Positions 22,201 through 44,448 of a stretch of DNA of 64,000 nt are shown piece after piece. A program made the position numbers and the translations under genes. Location: assembly GCA_051294375.1 (NCBI GenBank), contig CM119265.1:9620339-9684338 (forward strand), given 5' to 3'. This stretch comes from Paraspadella gotoi. Taxonomy: Eukaryota; Animalia; Chaetognatha. Under the pieces are notes generated by a model. The model did not search any database. It saw only the letters and a program-made list of their open reading frames with translations, and had not been told where the DNA came from. Positions within the stretch are counted from its first letter, which is position 1; every line of letters starts with the position of its first letter.

Positions 22201-24728
22201 CCATTTCCTCCCCCCCGATCGAAAAATACCAAGTGGTCGATAAAATTCTGGTCTTACAGGTAAAAACGACCAAAGTTACGCTCCTCGCGCTGGATTTTAC
22301 AGTGAGAACTATTGCTTCGCGGTTCATCTATTTTGAATCATCAGAGTCCTTCGTTGTTATTTTAAAAAACGGGGGAAAATCAGATTCCCGAGATTATTAA
22401 TTAGAATTTTTTTCCCAGGATATTCAAAACGCGTGTGGTCCTCTGAATAAATTCGATTGGCTGAGTCTTTTGTTTTCTTATGTTTTTCTGAAAAGTCTTT
22501 AGTTATTTCTATTGTTTTTCTATTTTAAAGTTTCCTAAAATTTGATGTTTCTCTACAAAAATCAACAAAGTCAGATCCCAAAATGTACTCATTTTTTAGG
22601 TTTCTTTCTTCTGAATATTTTTTTATTTTTGACCAATTCAAAGTTTTATAAATACAACAAAGACACAAACAAAGTAAAGAAATTCCACCAGAACAAACGG
22701 TGAAAAAAGCAAATGCAGAATTTTGTTTCTTACCATCTTGTCTCTTGAATTCATCTTTTCTCCTTTTAGCTAAGGAAACCAGCTTATTATTATCGCTTGT
22801 AAAATTGTAAATGAAGAGTGTGAGTGAGTGTCAGAGTGAGTGTAGTGATAGTGGAAGAAAAAAAAAAGATAATGCAGTATCTTTCTGACTTTTTCTCTTT
22901 CTCTATCTTTTTTTGTTTGTTTGTTGTATAAACTATAAATTAAATTGGAATCGTGATTTTTCAATCTCCGCGGGACGATCGTTCGATAATTATTACACTT
23001 GTTCCTCAGGCGCCAAGGGTCTTGCGAAGATCCAAAGCAACCCGGTCTCGAGGAAGACCATGTTGGAGGATTTATCCACGCAGTTCAATCGATACCTGGT
23101 GAGAGAGAGAGAGAGAGAAAAGAGAAAAAATAGGAAATAAAACTTTTATTAAAAGATACAAAAAACAAACAAAAGAGAAAAATATGAGCCAAAAATAATT
23201 TACTTATAAGAACATGGACAAAATTCGGACAAAAAAGAAAAAAAAGAAAGAAAGAAAGAAGAAAGAAAGAAAAGAAAGAGATAAATAAATAAATAAATAA
23301 ATAAATAAAAATAAATAAATAAAGAGAGAGAGAAAGAAAGAAAAGAAAGAAAAGAAAGAAAGAAGAAAGAAAAGAAAAAAAGAAAAAAAGAAAAAGAAAA
23401 AAAAGAAAAAGAAAAAAAAAGAAAAAAGAAAAAAAAAGAAAAAAAAAAGAAAAAAAGAAAAAAGAAAAAAAGGAAAGAGAGAAAGAAAAAGAAAGAATGC
23501 AAACAAATTTATAGAATTATGATCCCATTTTTTCCCAGCACGTGACTAGAAAAACCAACAAAGACGACAAGAGTGGAATTTTGGGTGGACGCGGAATCGG
23601 AGTCAAGCACGGAAATTATCTCGCTTTTCTCTACATCGTAATGAAGGCGAGTTACGAGATTTTCGTTTCGTCCGGAAACAAAAATCTAATTTGCATATAA
23701 TAGAAATTCGAGACATTAATTGGGCGAGCCAACTGTTTTTCTAAATTATTACGTTGTAATATAAGACGATTGAAAATTTGACAATGATTTTATTTGTAAT
23801 TTGTCAATTACTTTTAATTAATTATACAAAATGCGGAATTAGCTAAGGAGATGCCTCCAGGTACACACATTCTATTTATGTAGATACTTTACGGAAGACC
23901 GTTTCCGCCAATCAAATTCATCCCCGGACCCAATTATGATCATCCCGACGATCATTATTTTTTTTTTAAATTTGAAATGAGCGAAGTTAATTCGCTAACG
24001 AGTAATCTTTTTGGAATACCCCGTTACAATCAACATCAACGTCAAGCAATCCAATTAAACTTCTCAGATTGCCGTTCTTGGCCAACGTGTTCATCCAACT
24101 CTACGGAATGCACGCGTTTTTGGGGACCAAATCCTGTCTCACTGCTTCAACCTCATCGAGGCCACCATCTTCGGCCACCACTTCATCGCCTCCAGACGCT
24201 TCCCTATCAGACCCTTTGCGAGTTTTACGGATCACCTCAGGTGGAGTGTGGTCGACGTTGGTCCGTTTAAGTTTAAACTTTAATTTTAATACTTTTGGGT
24301 CAGTTTAAAAGTTTAGATGGCTTTTATCAGCGGCTAATTATATTTTTTAGAATATATTGTTCTTATAGGATTGTTAATAAATATTCATTTTTTAACGTAC
24401 GTGTACCTGTTTTAAGTTAATATTATTTCATATAAAAGAATAGCTTTTTAGCCTGATGACTGGGTGGACCATGTATTGTATGGTAATGTCGAATTTGACC
24501 AAGAACAATCTTACTCCATACCGACAATGAATGTTTTCGCATTGCATCTCCTCCCCGCATCGACCAGGTGCACGGCTACTTGCTCTCTTACACCTGTCAC
24601 TGCGTCTTGCCCATCAATCTCTACAATGACAAAATCTTCGCCGTCGTCGCCTTCATCTTTCTCTGTCTCGGAATCATCACCATTTTAAGTCTCATGGTCT
24701 GGATCTTCAGACTTTTCTACCCGCCGTG

Positions 24729-24804
<76 letters not shown>

Positions 24805-25420
24805 AGAGAGAGAGAGAGAGGAGAGAGAGAGAGAATTAATAAGGGAAAACTATTTTTGAATTTTGGTACAATTTACGAGGACAAATAATCTTGTCAGATA
24901 CTCACCACCTATTTAATTTGATACATGCTTTTAAAATCGTCTAAAAACGAAACACCCCTGCCCCCATTAAAACAATATTACTCTTTTTTTTTCATTTGTC
25001 AATGTATCCTTTTTCTACCCCAACCCACGCCAATTGAACCAGAGTATGGAAAAGTTCATCCGACATTTCTTGGAAATCAACAACCGTCTCAAGTCGCCCG
25101 AGCACAGCCGACTCTTCCGCCCGTTCGTGGAGGAGCACCTCCGACTCGATGGGTGCTTCATCTTCAAGATGATGGACCGCAACCTGGGCAACGTCGTCAC
25201 CGACTGCATGGTCGTCAAGATTTGGGACACTTACATCGAGAAGTGCAAGGAGGAAGGCCTCATGGCGTCCTCGGGTTCATCCACGCCCAAGAGCAAAGGT
25301 GCCTCCGCTGCCGGCGCCTCGGTCGAGAAGCGAGAAGCCAATTGTCAGGACTGCGGCAAATTGCAGAGCACGCCGCAGGGGAGAGAGTGCATTCAATGCG
25401 GCGTCATTCTTGACGTCTGA
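17231..25420 (+). CDS. Innexin: N-terminal module B (17231-17408, 17498-17630, 18331-18515) plus C-terminal exons (23010-23098, 23539-23646, 24068-24240, 24568-24725, ~25043-25420)
   Basis: DDDFLDDGVDNMHR..KQFVGDPIECFVP..YVNAYCW..YYQWVP; GNYLAFLYIVMK; FLANVFIQLYGMHAFLG; RRFP/QTLCEF; CVLPINLYNDKIF; FVEEHLRLDGCFIFKMMDRNLG. Exon 24068-24240 contains ~3 single-base indels, and the donor at 23647 is GC. Confidence 0.9.
21647..21700. repeat. 7-bp tandem repeat TGTAC(A/G)A
   Basis: About 8 imperfect units are visible. Confidence 0.8.
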
Positions 25421-26108
25421 ATGCTGTTTTGTTTTTTACGAAAAAAAAAAAATTGCCCGCGCTCTCGCGTTTCCGCAGGCGAACTTCTCAGCGTTATTTA
25501 TTAATTACAATCGTATTTAAATATTTATAAATTAAGTATGTAAACATAGCCGTTAGTCGTGGACTTATTAGTATTTTTATAAAATATTTATATTTCGTTT
25601 TCTCGCTTCCACCCCCACCCTTATTTTTCTTCCCTCGGTTATTTGCCCGATTGGGTGGGTATCACTTTTTTCACTTCTTCTGATCAGAAATAATGTGATA
25701 TCCTTTCACTGTCGCAACGCTAACCTTTTTTCCCCCTTTTTGGTGATAATTAATAAGATTAATACTTTTTTAATGCTACCGTGATTTACGCACTTTTCGA
25801 CATTGAAAGGATTAATTTCCAAAGTGTGAATATCTAAATTTATTCTTATTTTTGTTTTTTGTTTTTGTTGTTATTTTTCCGCTTCTATCTACTTCTCGAA
25901 ACTTTGAACCCTGGAAACAACGATGTTAAAAAAAGGAACAAGATTAACTTTTATTTATCTATTTCCTTTGTTAAATTTGAAACATTGAAATGAAAAAGTC
26001 ATACCCACACAATTAAGCAATTTCAGACTTAGTAAGATATGAATTTAATTTTTGGCCCAAAAAATAAGAAAAGAGAAAAAAGTTCCTTTTTTTCCCGTTC
26101 GTTTCCAG

Positions 26109-27313
26109 CGTTCGAAGATCTGGAGCGGTCGCCCGCTCGCCCAGGAGGTCGTCCGAAGAAGCTTCCGCCCTCCGACCCACCGGGATCTAGCGGCTCGACG
26201 GCTCCGCCTAATGGCGGCCCCTCCATATACCCGGATCTCAGGGCGGCAGCCAGAGATGCGCTGGAAGGACCGCGCGAAAGTGGGGCACCTAAAGGCGGGG
26301 TGCCCAAAACTGGGGCACCGAAAGCAGGCGCCAAAGACCCTGTCAAAGACGCTCCTCTCAAGCCAAAGAAGGAAGCAGGGAAAGATCCACCAGTAAAGGA
26401 GGCGCCGAAAGAAGCACCAGCGATGGGAGCGCTTGTTGTGGCGACGCCAGTCAAGAAACCTCAAAAATCGGCGCCAAGTAATCAAACACCAATAGCGCCA
26501 TCTAAAAAAGAAACGCCCGAAGTGGTACCGAAAAGAGCGCCGTCGAAAAAGCGCTCTTCTCGCGCACCTACAATTCCGGTCATCGCCGTCGTGAATCACG
26601 GCGATTTGCCGAAAACGACGCCGGATAAAGCGGAGGAGGCGCCGGAGATGCCGATGGAAATGTCAGAAAAAGCTGAGGCGGCGCCGCCTACTCCATCGCC
26701 GTCTTTGCCTGGACCCGACGAACCACCTAAAACCGTCGACGAACCTCCAGCGCCGATCGACGAACCGCTTCAGCCTCCGAAGACGCCTCCTTCTTCGGCG
26801 CCGCCAGAATCCCAGTTTCCCGCCGCCCAAATGGCGTCTCAGACGATCCCGACGGATTCTCAGCCTCCAAGCGCGGAGACGCCTCCTTCGCCGCCCTCAC
26901 CGCCAACACCGCCCACGCCGCCAACACCGCCGCTGCCCGACTCTCCTCAACCGGAGAGACTTCCTCTCCCTCCCCGCCCATTCGACGATTCCCCGACTCA
27001 AAGCCTTCGCTCTCTCAAGCCGACCGATACGCCTCCGCCGCCCTACTCTAGCCTGCCCCGCTCGGACGTCCCGCCGTCGCCGGCTTCCCCAAAATCGGGC
27101 ACGCCGTCGACCGCGACTTCGGGCAGCGGGCTCGACGACGACGAGGAGGCCATTCGACTCGCCGAGTCCGCCGAACTTGCCGAGTCGCCGCTGCCCGTCG
27201 AGGCGACCGCTCCGGTGGCGTCCTCGCCGCGTCAAACGCCGTCGCCGCCGGCCGACGCCGCCGCCAAACCGCCCAAGGCGCCGACCGCTTTAGGAAGGGA
27301 CGCGGCGTCCTAG
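26109..27313 (+). CDS. Proline-rich low-complexity coding exon (~400 aa), probably a terminal exon; candidate alternative innexin tail
   Basis: 1.2-kb GC-rich stop-free frame starting at a pyrimidine-rich acceptor (TTCCCGTTCGTTTCCAG|, phase 1) and ending TAG; contains IYPDL and PPPPY. The ORF-track ATG at 26039 lies in AT-rich intron-like sequence. Confidence 0.7.
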
Positions 27314-28014
27314 ATAAATATATTTATTTTTTTTGTCTTTTTGTTGTTATATTTATCGTTCGTAGATTTAGAATTTTCGTTGTATTTATTCGATTGACAT
27401 TGTATTATTAATTAACAACAGAAAAAATAAAGACTCGAAGAATTTCTCGTCGGAGGTTTTTGACAATCACCCTGTACATGAGAAAACTCATTCTTCAATA
27501 CAAATGAAAGGTTTAATAATTCTTTGGTGTAAATAATGTTTTATTCATTTGTGTAAATACTTCGTGTGTTGGGTTTTTGACTGGAGTGAGAATATAAATT
27601 ATGTTGTATTTTTGAATTGAATCTTGTAGCTTTTTTGTCGTAATAAAATGTATTGTTCAAAACATGCCTTACGGTTTAAACCAAAAGACAGTTTTTGATG
27701 ACAAGCTTGATATAAAAACGTAAAGATAATTAATTGATAGTTAATTATTCCAATTGCAAAAGGTTTATGCGCAGTTAGACTGGAAATTCCTGTCTCCGAG
27801 GTCTCCAATGAAAATCAAGCCGTTAATTGTTGTGATAATCAATTTTCCTTGAGGATTCTCTCTTCTTTTTTTTTCTTTCTGGGCAAAAGAAGAGAAACCA
27901 CTCCTATCTATTTAAAACGCTGAATATCAATCGATGCTCAAAAAGCTAGGAATTTTATTCTTGATAGTATTTTATTCACCGGGTATAAAAATATTACTTA
28001 ATTTTAAAAAAAAA

Positions 28015-30721
28015 ATGTCGAACTTCGCACTGAAATTCTTGGCTTTGACGTTGACGACGCAGGCAATTCTTGGGGTAAGACAATTTTAAGCTTCCGTTCT
28101 GTGATTAAAAAAAAAATGCTGTAAAAGGAAAAAAATATTTAAAGTTTAAATTTTTTCGAATCTATAGAAAAGTACAGTTACCAGATTAATTAAAAGCAAT
28201 AAATATTCATCATTTTTTAATAAAAAACATCCCTTAACAAAGTTCAATTAGTCATTTGTTTTTTTTATTCAAAATCGATTTCAAAGTCATTTTGATAGTC
28301 ATTTTAAACGATTTTTTTTTAAAACTTACTTCCACCCTCGAAAAAAAAAAATCGACTGGCCCTTTTGGTAGCCTTTCTTTCCGCTCGTCTCTGCGACGAC
28401 CCCCACCCAAGTCCTCGCCTCCCAAAATCGTCTCGCCGACGGGTTGACCTACTTGGCCGCCCTGGCACGCATGCCCCCGAGGACCCCGGGTATGGGGCGC
28501 GCTCGATCAATGGGCCTCGCGCGTCAATCGCAGTCGACGACGTCGACGCTCATTCAACAAATATGCACTCCTGTCTGTGACAAAGTCGGATCGGTAAGAT
28601 TTAGATAGGCAAGTTACCTGGTCGTTTATAATGTTATTTTAAATATTTTTACATTTACTGATAGGAAATGATGTCAATATTGTTGATGTAACATTTCAAA
28701 TCAATCGACCCACGCGTTGAAAAATAATCTACAAAAAATGGTCATTTTCCACGCCCAATTTTTAAAACAAATCTGCGTTCGTTAAAGTTTCTTTTGGTTC
28801 CACTTAATTTTTTTAGCTTCGGCCGAGTGTCTCAATTGGTAATAAAAAAATTGATTTTTTTGGATATCTTTTGAACCAAAAATTATAGAACGATGAGACT
28901 AGTATCAAATTAAAGCCATAATTATGGGGCATCTTTTCCATATAATTTTTCTCAAATGTTTTAAAGGATTTTTTAAAATCTGGATCGGAATCTTAGTCAA
29001 AAGTATAACAACTTTGAAATTAAATTAAACACATCTTTGCCATATTTAAAAAAAATAAATAAATATAGATTTCTGAAGAGAAAAGATTGAATTCTGTTTC
29101 TGATATAAACAAAAATTTTCTATTCTTTAAATGTTTATATAATTACTAAGGATAATGAATATAATTTTGTTGAAAAGAAAAAAATTTAAAAAATTCATAG
29201 TAGGAACCTTAAAAAACATATGATTTAAATATGAAAATTTAGGAGTTCAACTTTGTTCGGCTGATTTAAAAACTACTGACATAGGGCTAAAAGACTGTAT
29301 CATCAGATTTTTAAATTTTTGTCATCTTCAGGTGCAAATTAAAACCTTTGCATAATGCCCATTAGCTATATTAATATAACAATTTTTTATTAAAAAAACA
29401 CTACAATCTTTTAATAACACACTAATACATGTAGCTGTATGGTAAAATTTGTTGTTTTATTTTTTATTAAAATACAAGGCTTTTCTCAATAAAGGGGTAA
29501 ATTGCAAAGAAAATGAGTTTATTTCAAGGCTCCATATTGATACTATGATATCAATGAATTTTCTTTGTTCCGGCAACGAAATGTACCTAAGACATTGTAG
29601 TTTCTTTCGCTACTCTTTATTTTTATAATTTTAAAGGCATGTTGGCAAAAACAGTAAGAAAAAAAAATGACAACAAATTCTGAGAAAAATTTTTGATTAA
29701 TTGCTATTATTTCTTACTATGACGTCAATTTATTTTTTTCATTATGCGCTTGAAAGTTAGGCAAACCCAACAGAATCGGAATCAGTGCATAACCGCTGTA
29801 TATTTATTTGACTTATACAGTAAATACCACAAAATAACAAAAATTTTAAAGGAATTCAGACTAAGCACCGTGTTTAGTTTCAGTATTTTTTTAGTCAAGA
29901 CCTTTATGGATTTTCTTTGTTCCGGCGGCGTTGGATAGCCCAAACACTGCAGTTTCAGAAATCATCAATGGTTTTGTAATATTTACTGCGCTACATGGTG
30001 CAAAAATTGCTAGGAACCAAAATTATCAAAAACCGCTTCGTTCTTTCGGATTTTTTTTTAAAGCGCGGAGCGACATATCTAAGTAAGATATATTTTTTTA
30101 TTGCGTTATACTAGTTGATTCTATTTAAATTGATTTTGCGTATATTTTATAAATTTTATACAGTAGTATTAATTAAGTTAAGAATTGCCTTAATCCACTT
30201 GCAATTTTCCCTACGTTCTAAAATGAACTCCAATTATAATGCCATGTTTTTAATGGATTAATTATATAATAAATTGTATACGTTTACTGACCCACCTCAA
30301 TGTACCATTCATGTTTCATTCAGACAATCACTGATCCTATCTTAACAGCGCTTATACCTTGCCAAACCGTCTGCACTATGATCGACGTAAGAGTTTAAAG
30401 TCTTTTTTAAAACATTTATTTATGGATAGACCATTATTTATGTAAAATTATATTTATTAACTTTAGTCGTGCAGTTTGCACTCAGCTTTGAAAAAAATAA
30501 TATAAACCAATACAAAAATATCGAAATTTTGTGAAAAAAATAATATGAAATAAATTTTAAAAAAGTTAGCTATGGAAAAACAAGTTTAATTACCCGTTTC
30601 TTAATTTTGAGTTTCTTTAATTTACTTTCTATTTTTCCGACACCAGGTGGCAATGCAATCAGTGGTGGCGATGATTGTTCATTTTACTGTGGGGCCAGCG
30701 CCCGCTTCACCCTCTTCGTAA
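28015..30721 (+). CDS. Small secreted orphan protein, 139 aa, 4 Cys; exons 28015-28074, 28372-28593, 30324-30386, 30647-30721
   Basis: Signal-peptide-like MSNFALKFLALTLTTQAILG. Three phase-0 introns, all with GTAAGA donors and TAG/CAG acceptors, give an uninterrupted frame ...QQICTPVCDKVGSTITDPILTALIPCQTVCTMIDVAMQSVVAMIVHFTVGPAPASPSS*. TATAAAA at ~27984. Confidence 0.7.
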
Positions 30722-31102
30722 ACGTTGAAGAAAAAAGGACTCCGAAACTTATTTTTTATTCGATTATAATTTTATGTATTTAACTAATTCTTATCTTTAA
30801 ATAGTAAAAATACAGATCAGATTTTGTTAGTATCAGAATACGTTCTTATTTGTCGGGTTTCCGGTTTATATATTGAAATTTTGTTAAGTGTCTTGACTAA
30901 TGACTAGCTAAGGCGAAACGGAAAAACTGAAGAGACAGTNNNNNNNNNNTCAGATTACGTTCTTATTTGTCAGTCTAAATGATTGCCACGGGTTTCCGGT
31001 TTATATATTGAAGTTTTGTTAAGTGTCTTGACTAATGACTAGCTAAGGCGATATTACGTCGTAGAATCCATCTTCTTCTCTTTGTTAAAACGCGACTTAA
31101 AG

Positions 31103-42280
<11,178 letters not shown>

Positions 42281-43346
42281 GATAAGGGGTGGGGGTGAGG
42301 GAGAAAGAGAGGAAGAGAAATAGGGAGAGAGGGAGGAAGACGGAGAGAGTGAAAAAGAGGGGGAGGAAGAGGAAAAGAACGGAGGGAGGAAGAGAGGGAA
42401 GAAGAGGGGAAGAGCAAGGGACAAAAACTCTGTTTTGTTTAAGAAACTTATTAACTTATGAATTTACGCTGATTACGAATAAGTTATCTTTATTAACATT
42501 AAATTATTCTCTTGACTCTTCTTTCTCTGTATTACTAGTTGCACTTGGAATTAGATCGTTGAGCGACAGTTATTAATTTGAACAAAATTTTTAAGAAAGA
42601 AGAAAAAAAAGTTGCTGTGATGAACGATGAGCATCTCGAGAATCAAGACTCAAGATGACAGGGATCGTGACTAAGATAAAGTAGAGATGACGTCGACGAC
42701 GACGACCAAGACGACGAAGACTCCCAGCTACTCGACTCGGCGATCGGATCTTCGTTCTCATCCTATCACCTTACTCCCCCCCCCGTTCCATCCTCATCGA
42801 ACGACCCTTACCCTCCGCGTTCGCCGTAAGAAAGATTAGCCACGCTTCCTGTCAAAGACTGAAAAAAAAGATTTCACTTCATCTACGGGGTTGAGAAATG
42901 GATGGATTCGTAACCACAAATTCGATCACTTTTTAGGAAAATATTTGAGACGTCGATTGATCCAATGAGATGAAAGGTCGTTGGTCGCTGTCTCATTTAC
43001 GTCGAAAGTCGTCTATGCCGCCGACGCCGTTGCCGATGCTGCGGCCGCTGCCGCCGCCGCCGCCGCCACCGTCGATCAGAACACCGCCGCGTCGACGTCT
43101 TGACGTCGGGGACAAATTTTGTCTGGCGTTTTGATTTTAGATTTTGAACATCCAAGAATTCACCGCTCATTTTTTTTAGCCAATAGAAGAGGCGGTAGAT
43201 TATTTTTGGATATTTTACTCGAATGTTTTCATTTGAGCCTCGGATTTTTACGTAATTTAGTTACAGGTTTTCCAAAAGTGAAAGCATTAAGGAAGAGAAT
43301 CATTACTGTATGTCTTAACCATCATCATGCTTTTCCTTGTTAAGGC

Positions 43347-43419
43347 CGACCGCGAAGGGACTCGAACCCTCAATCTCCTGATCCGAAGTCAGGCGCCTTC
43401 TCCATTAGGCCACACGGCC
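43347..43419 (-). tRNA. tRNA-Arg (TCG)
   Basis: GGCCGTGTGGCCTAATGGAGAAGGCG CCTGA-CT-TCG-GA-TCAGG AGATTGAGGGTTCGAGTCCCTTCGCGGTCG; 73-nt cloverleaf. Confidence 0.93.
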
Positions 43420-44448
43420 ATACGTTCAAAATGCCACAGACTACAGTATTTGCCTAAGCTGCGTCGTTACATTTAAATATAATTTAAAACATTTAAAACA
43501 TTTAATGATTGATCTATCACTCAAAATCTAACTTTCTCTCTTTCTCGGCGAAATTAAGGCAGAGCGCCGAGATAGATTGTCGCGAGGGAACGAATAAAAC
43601 GACGACGACGATAACGAACGGGAGGAACGACGACGTCGTCGTCGTCGTCGTCGTCGCCGGAATCGACACGTTTCGGACTAAACCGTTTAGCCGTTGGACA
43701 GGATGAAAGATATACGGAACAGGAAGACGAGGCGGAAAAGGGGGAAAAAAGGAGGAGAGGGAGGAAGAGGAAGGAGATTGAGAAGACCAAGGAGAGGAGG
43801 AAGAGGAGGAAGGAAGAGGAAGGCGACGTCCCCTCTTTTTCCCGTCGGCACGTGTGTCCCTCGATCGATGGCACGCTTTTGAGCGCACGGACGGATCAAA
43901 GACGACGACGACGACGAAGACGACGACGACGAAGACGACGACGACGAAAGCGACGACGACGACGAACCGCAGATAAGGCGCGACGCCGTCGGCAAAGTGA
44001 AAGCGACTTGTTTTTTTTATTTCCTCGAATCGAAATCTTCGATTCCAGATTAAAAAGTCGTTTTTGTTCTACGAGTCGCGGTTTGTCCTCCCAGAAAGAA
44101 ATCCTTAGATCTGACAGTCCATTGTCCTCGACGGTTTTGTCCTTATTTGTCCCGAAAAAGAATTTTTTTTTTGTCTCGAGTTTTAACTACAAAACGTCAT
44201 TTCTTCTGTTGTGATTTGGAGATTTTTTTTGTTGACGACGTTTAAACGACGCCATTTGCAATTGACGCGTCTTTTTTCACCGACAACTCTGCGTCGCCTG
44301 GTTGGGGTTATTTTTTTTGGGGGGGCGGCCGAAGAGAAGAATTTTAGTTCTGAAATAAAATTCTAGGGTCGAAAAAAAAATTCAGCAAAAGAATTCCTAA
44401 TTAATTTTAAAAAAAATTTCCAAACATTCGACTATCATTCTCGTCGAC

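Noticed and set aside
26039-26108. ATG-initiated single-exon reading of the 424-aa Pro-rich ORF
   Set aside because: The first 70 nt are AT-rich and end in a canonical acceptor; more likely intron.
28650-30250. AT-rich intron with imperfect internal repeats (TTTTCTTTGTTCCGGC at ~29560 and ~29910)
   Set aside because: Probably a decayed DNA transposon, but no clear termini or ORF could be defined.
30826-31030. Direct repeat around a 10-N gap (similarly 63133-63225)
   Set aside because: Overlapping contig ends; assembly artefact.
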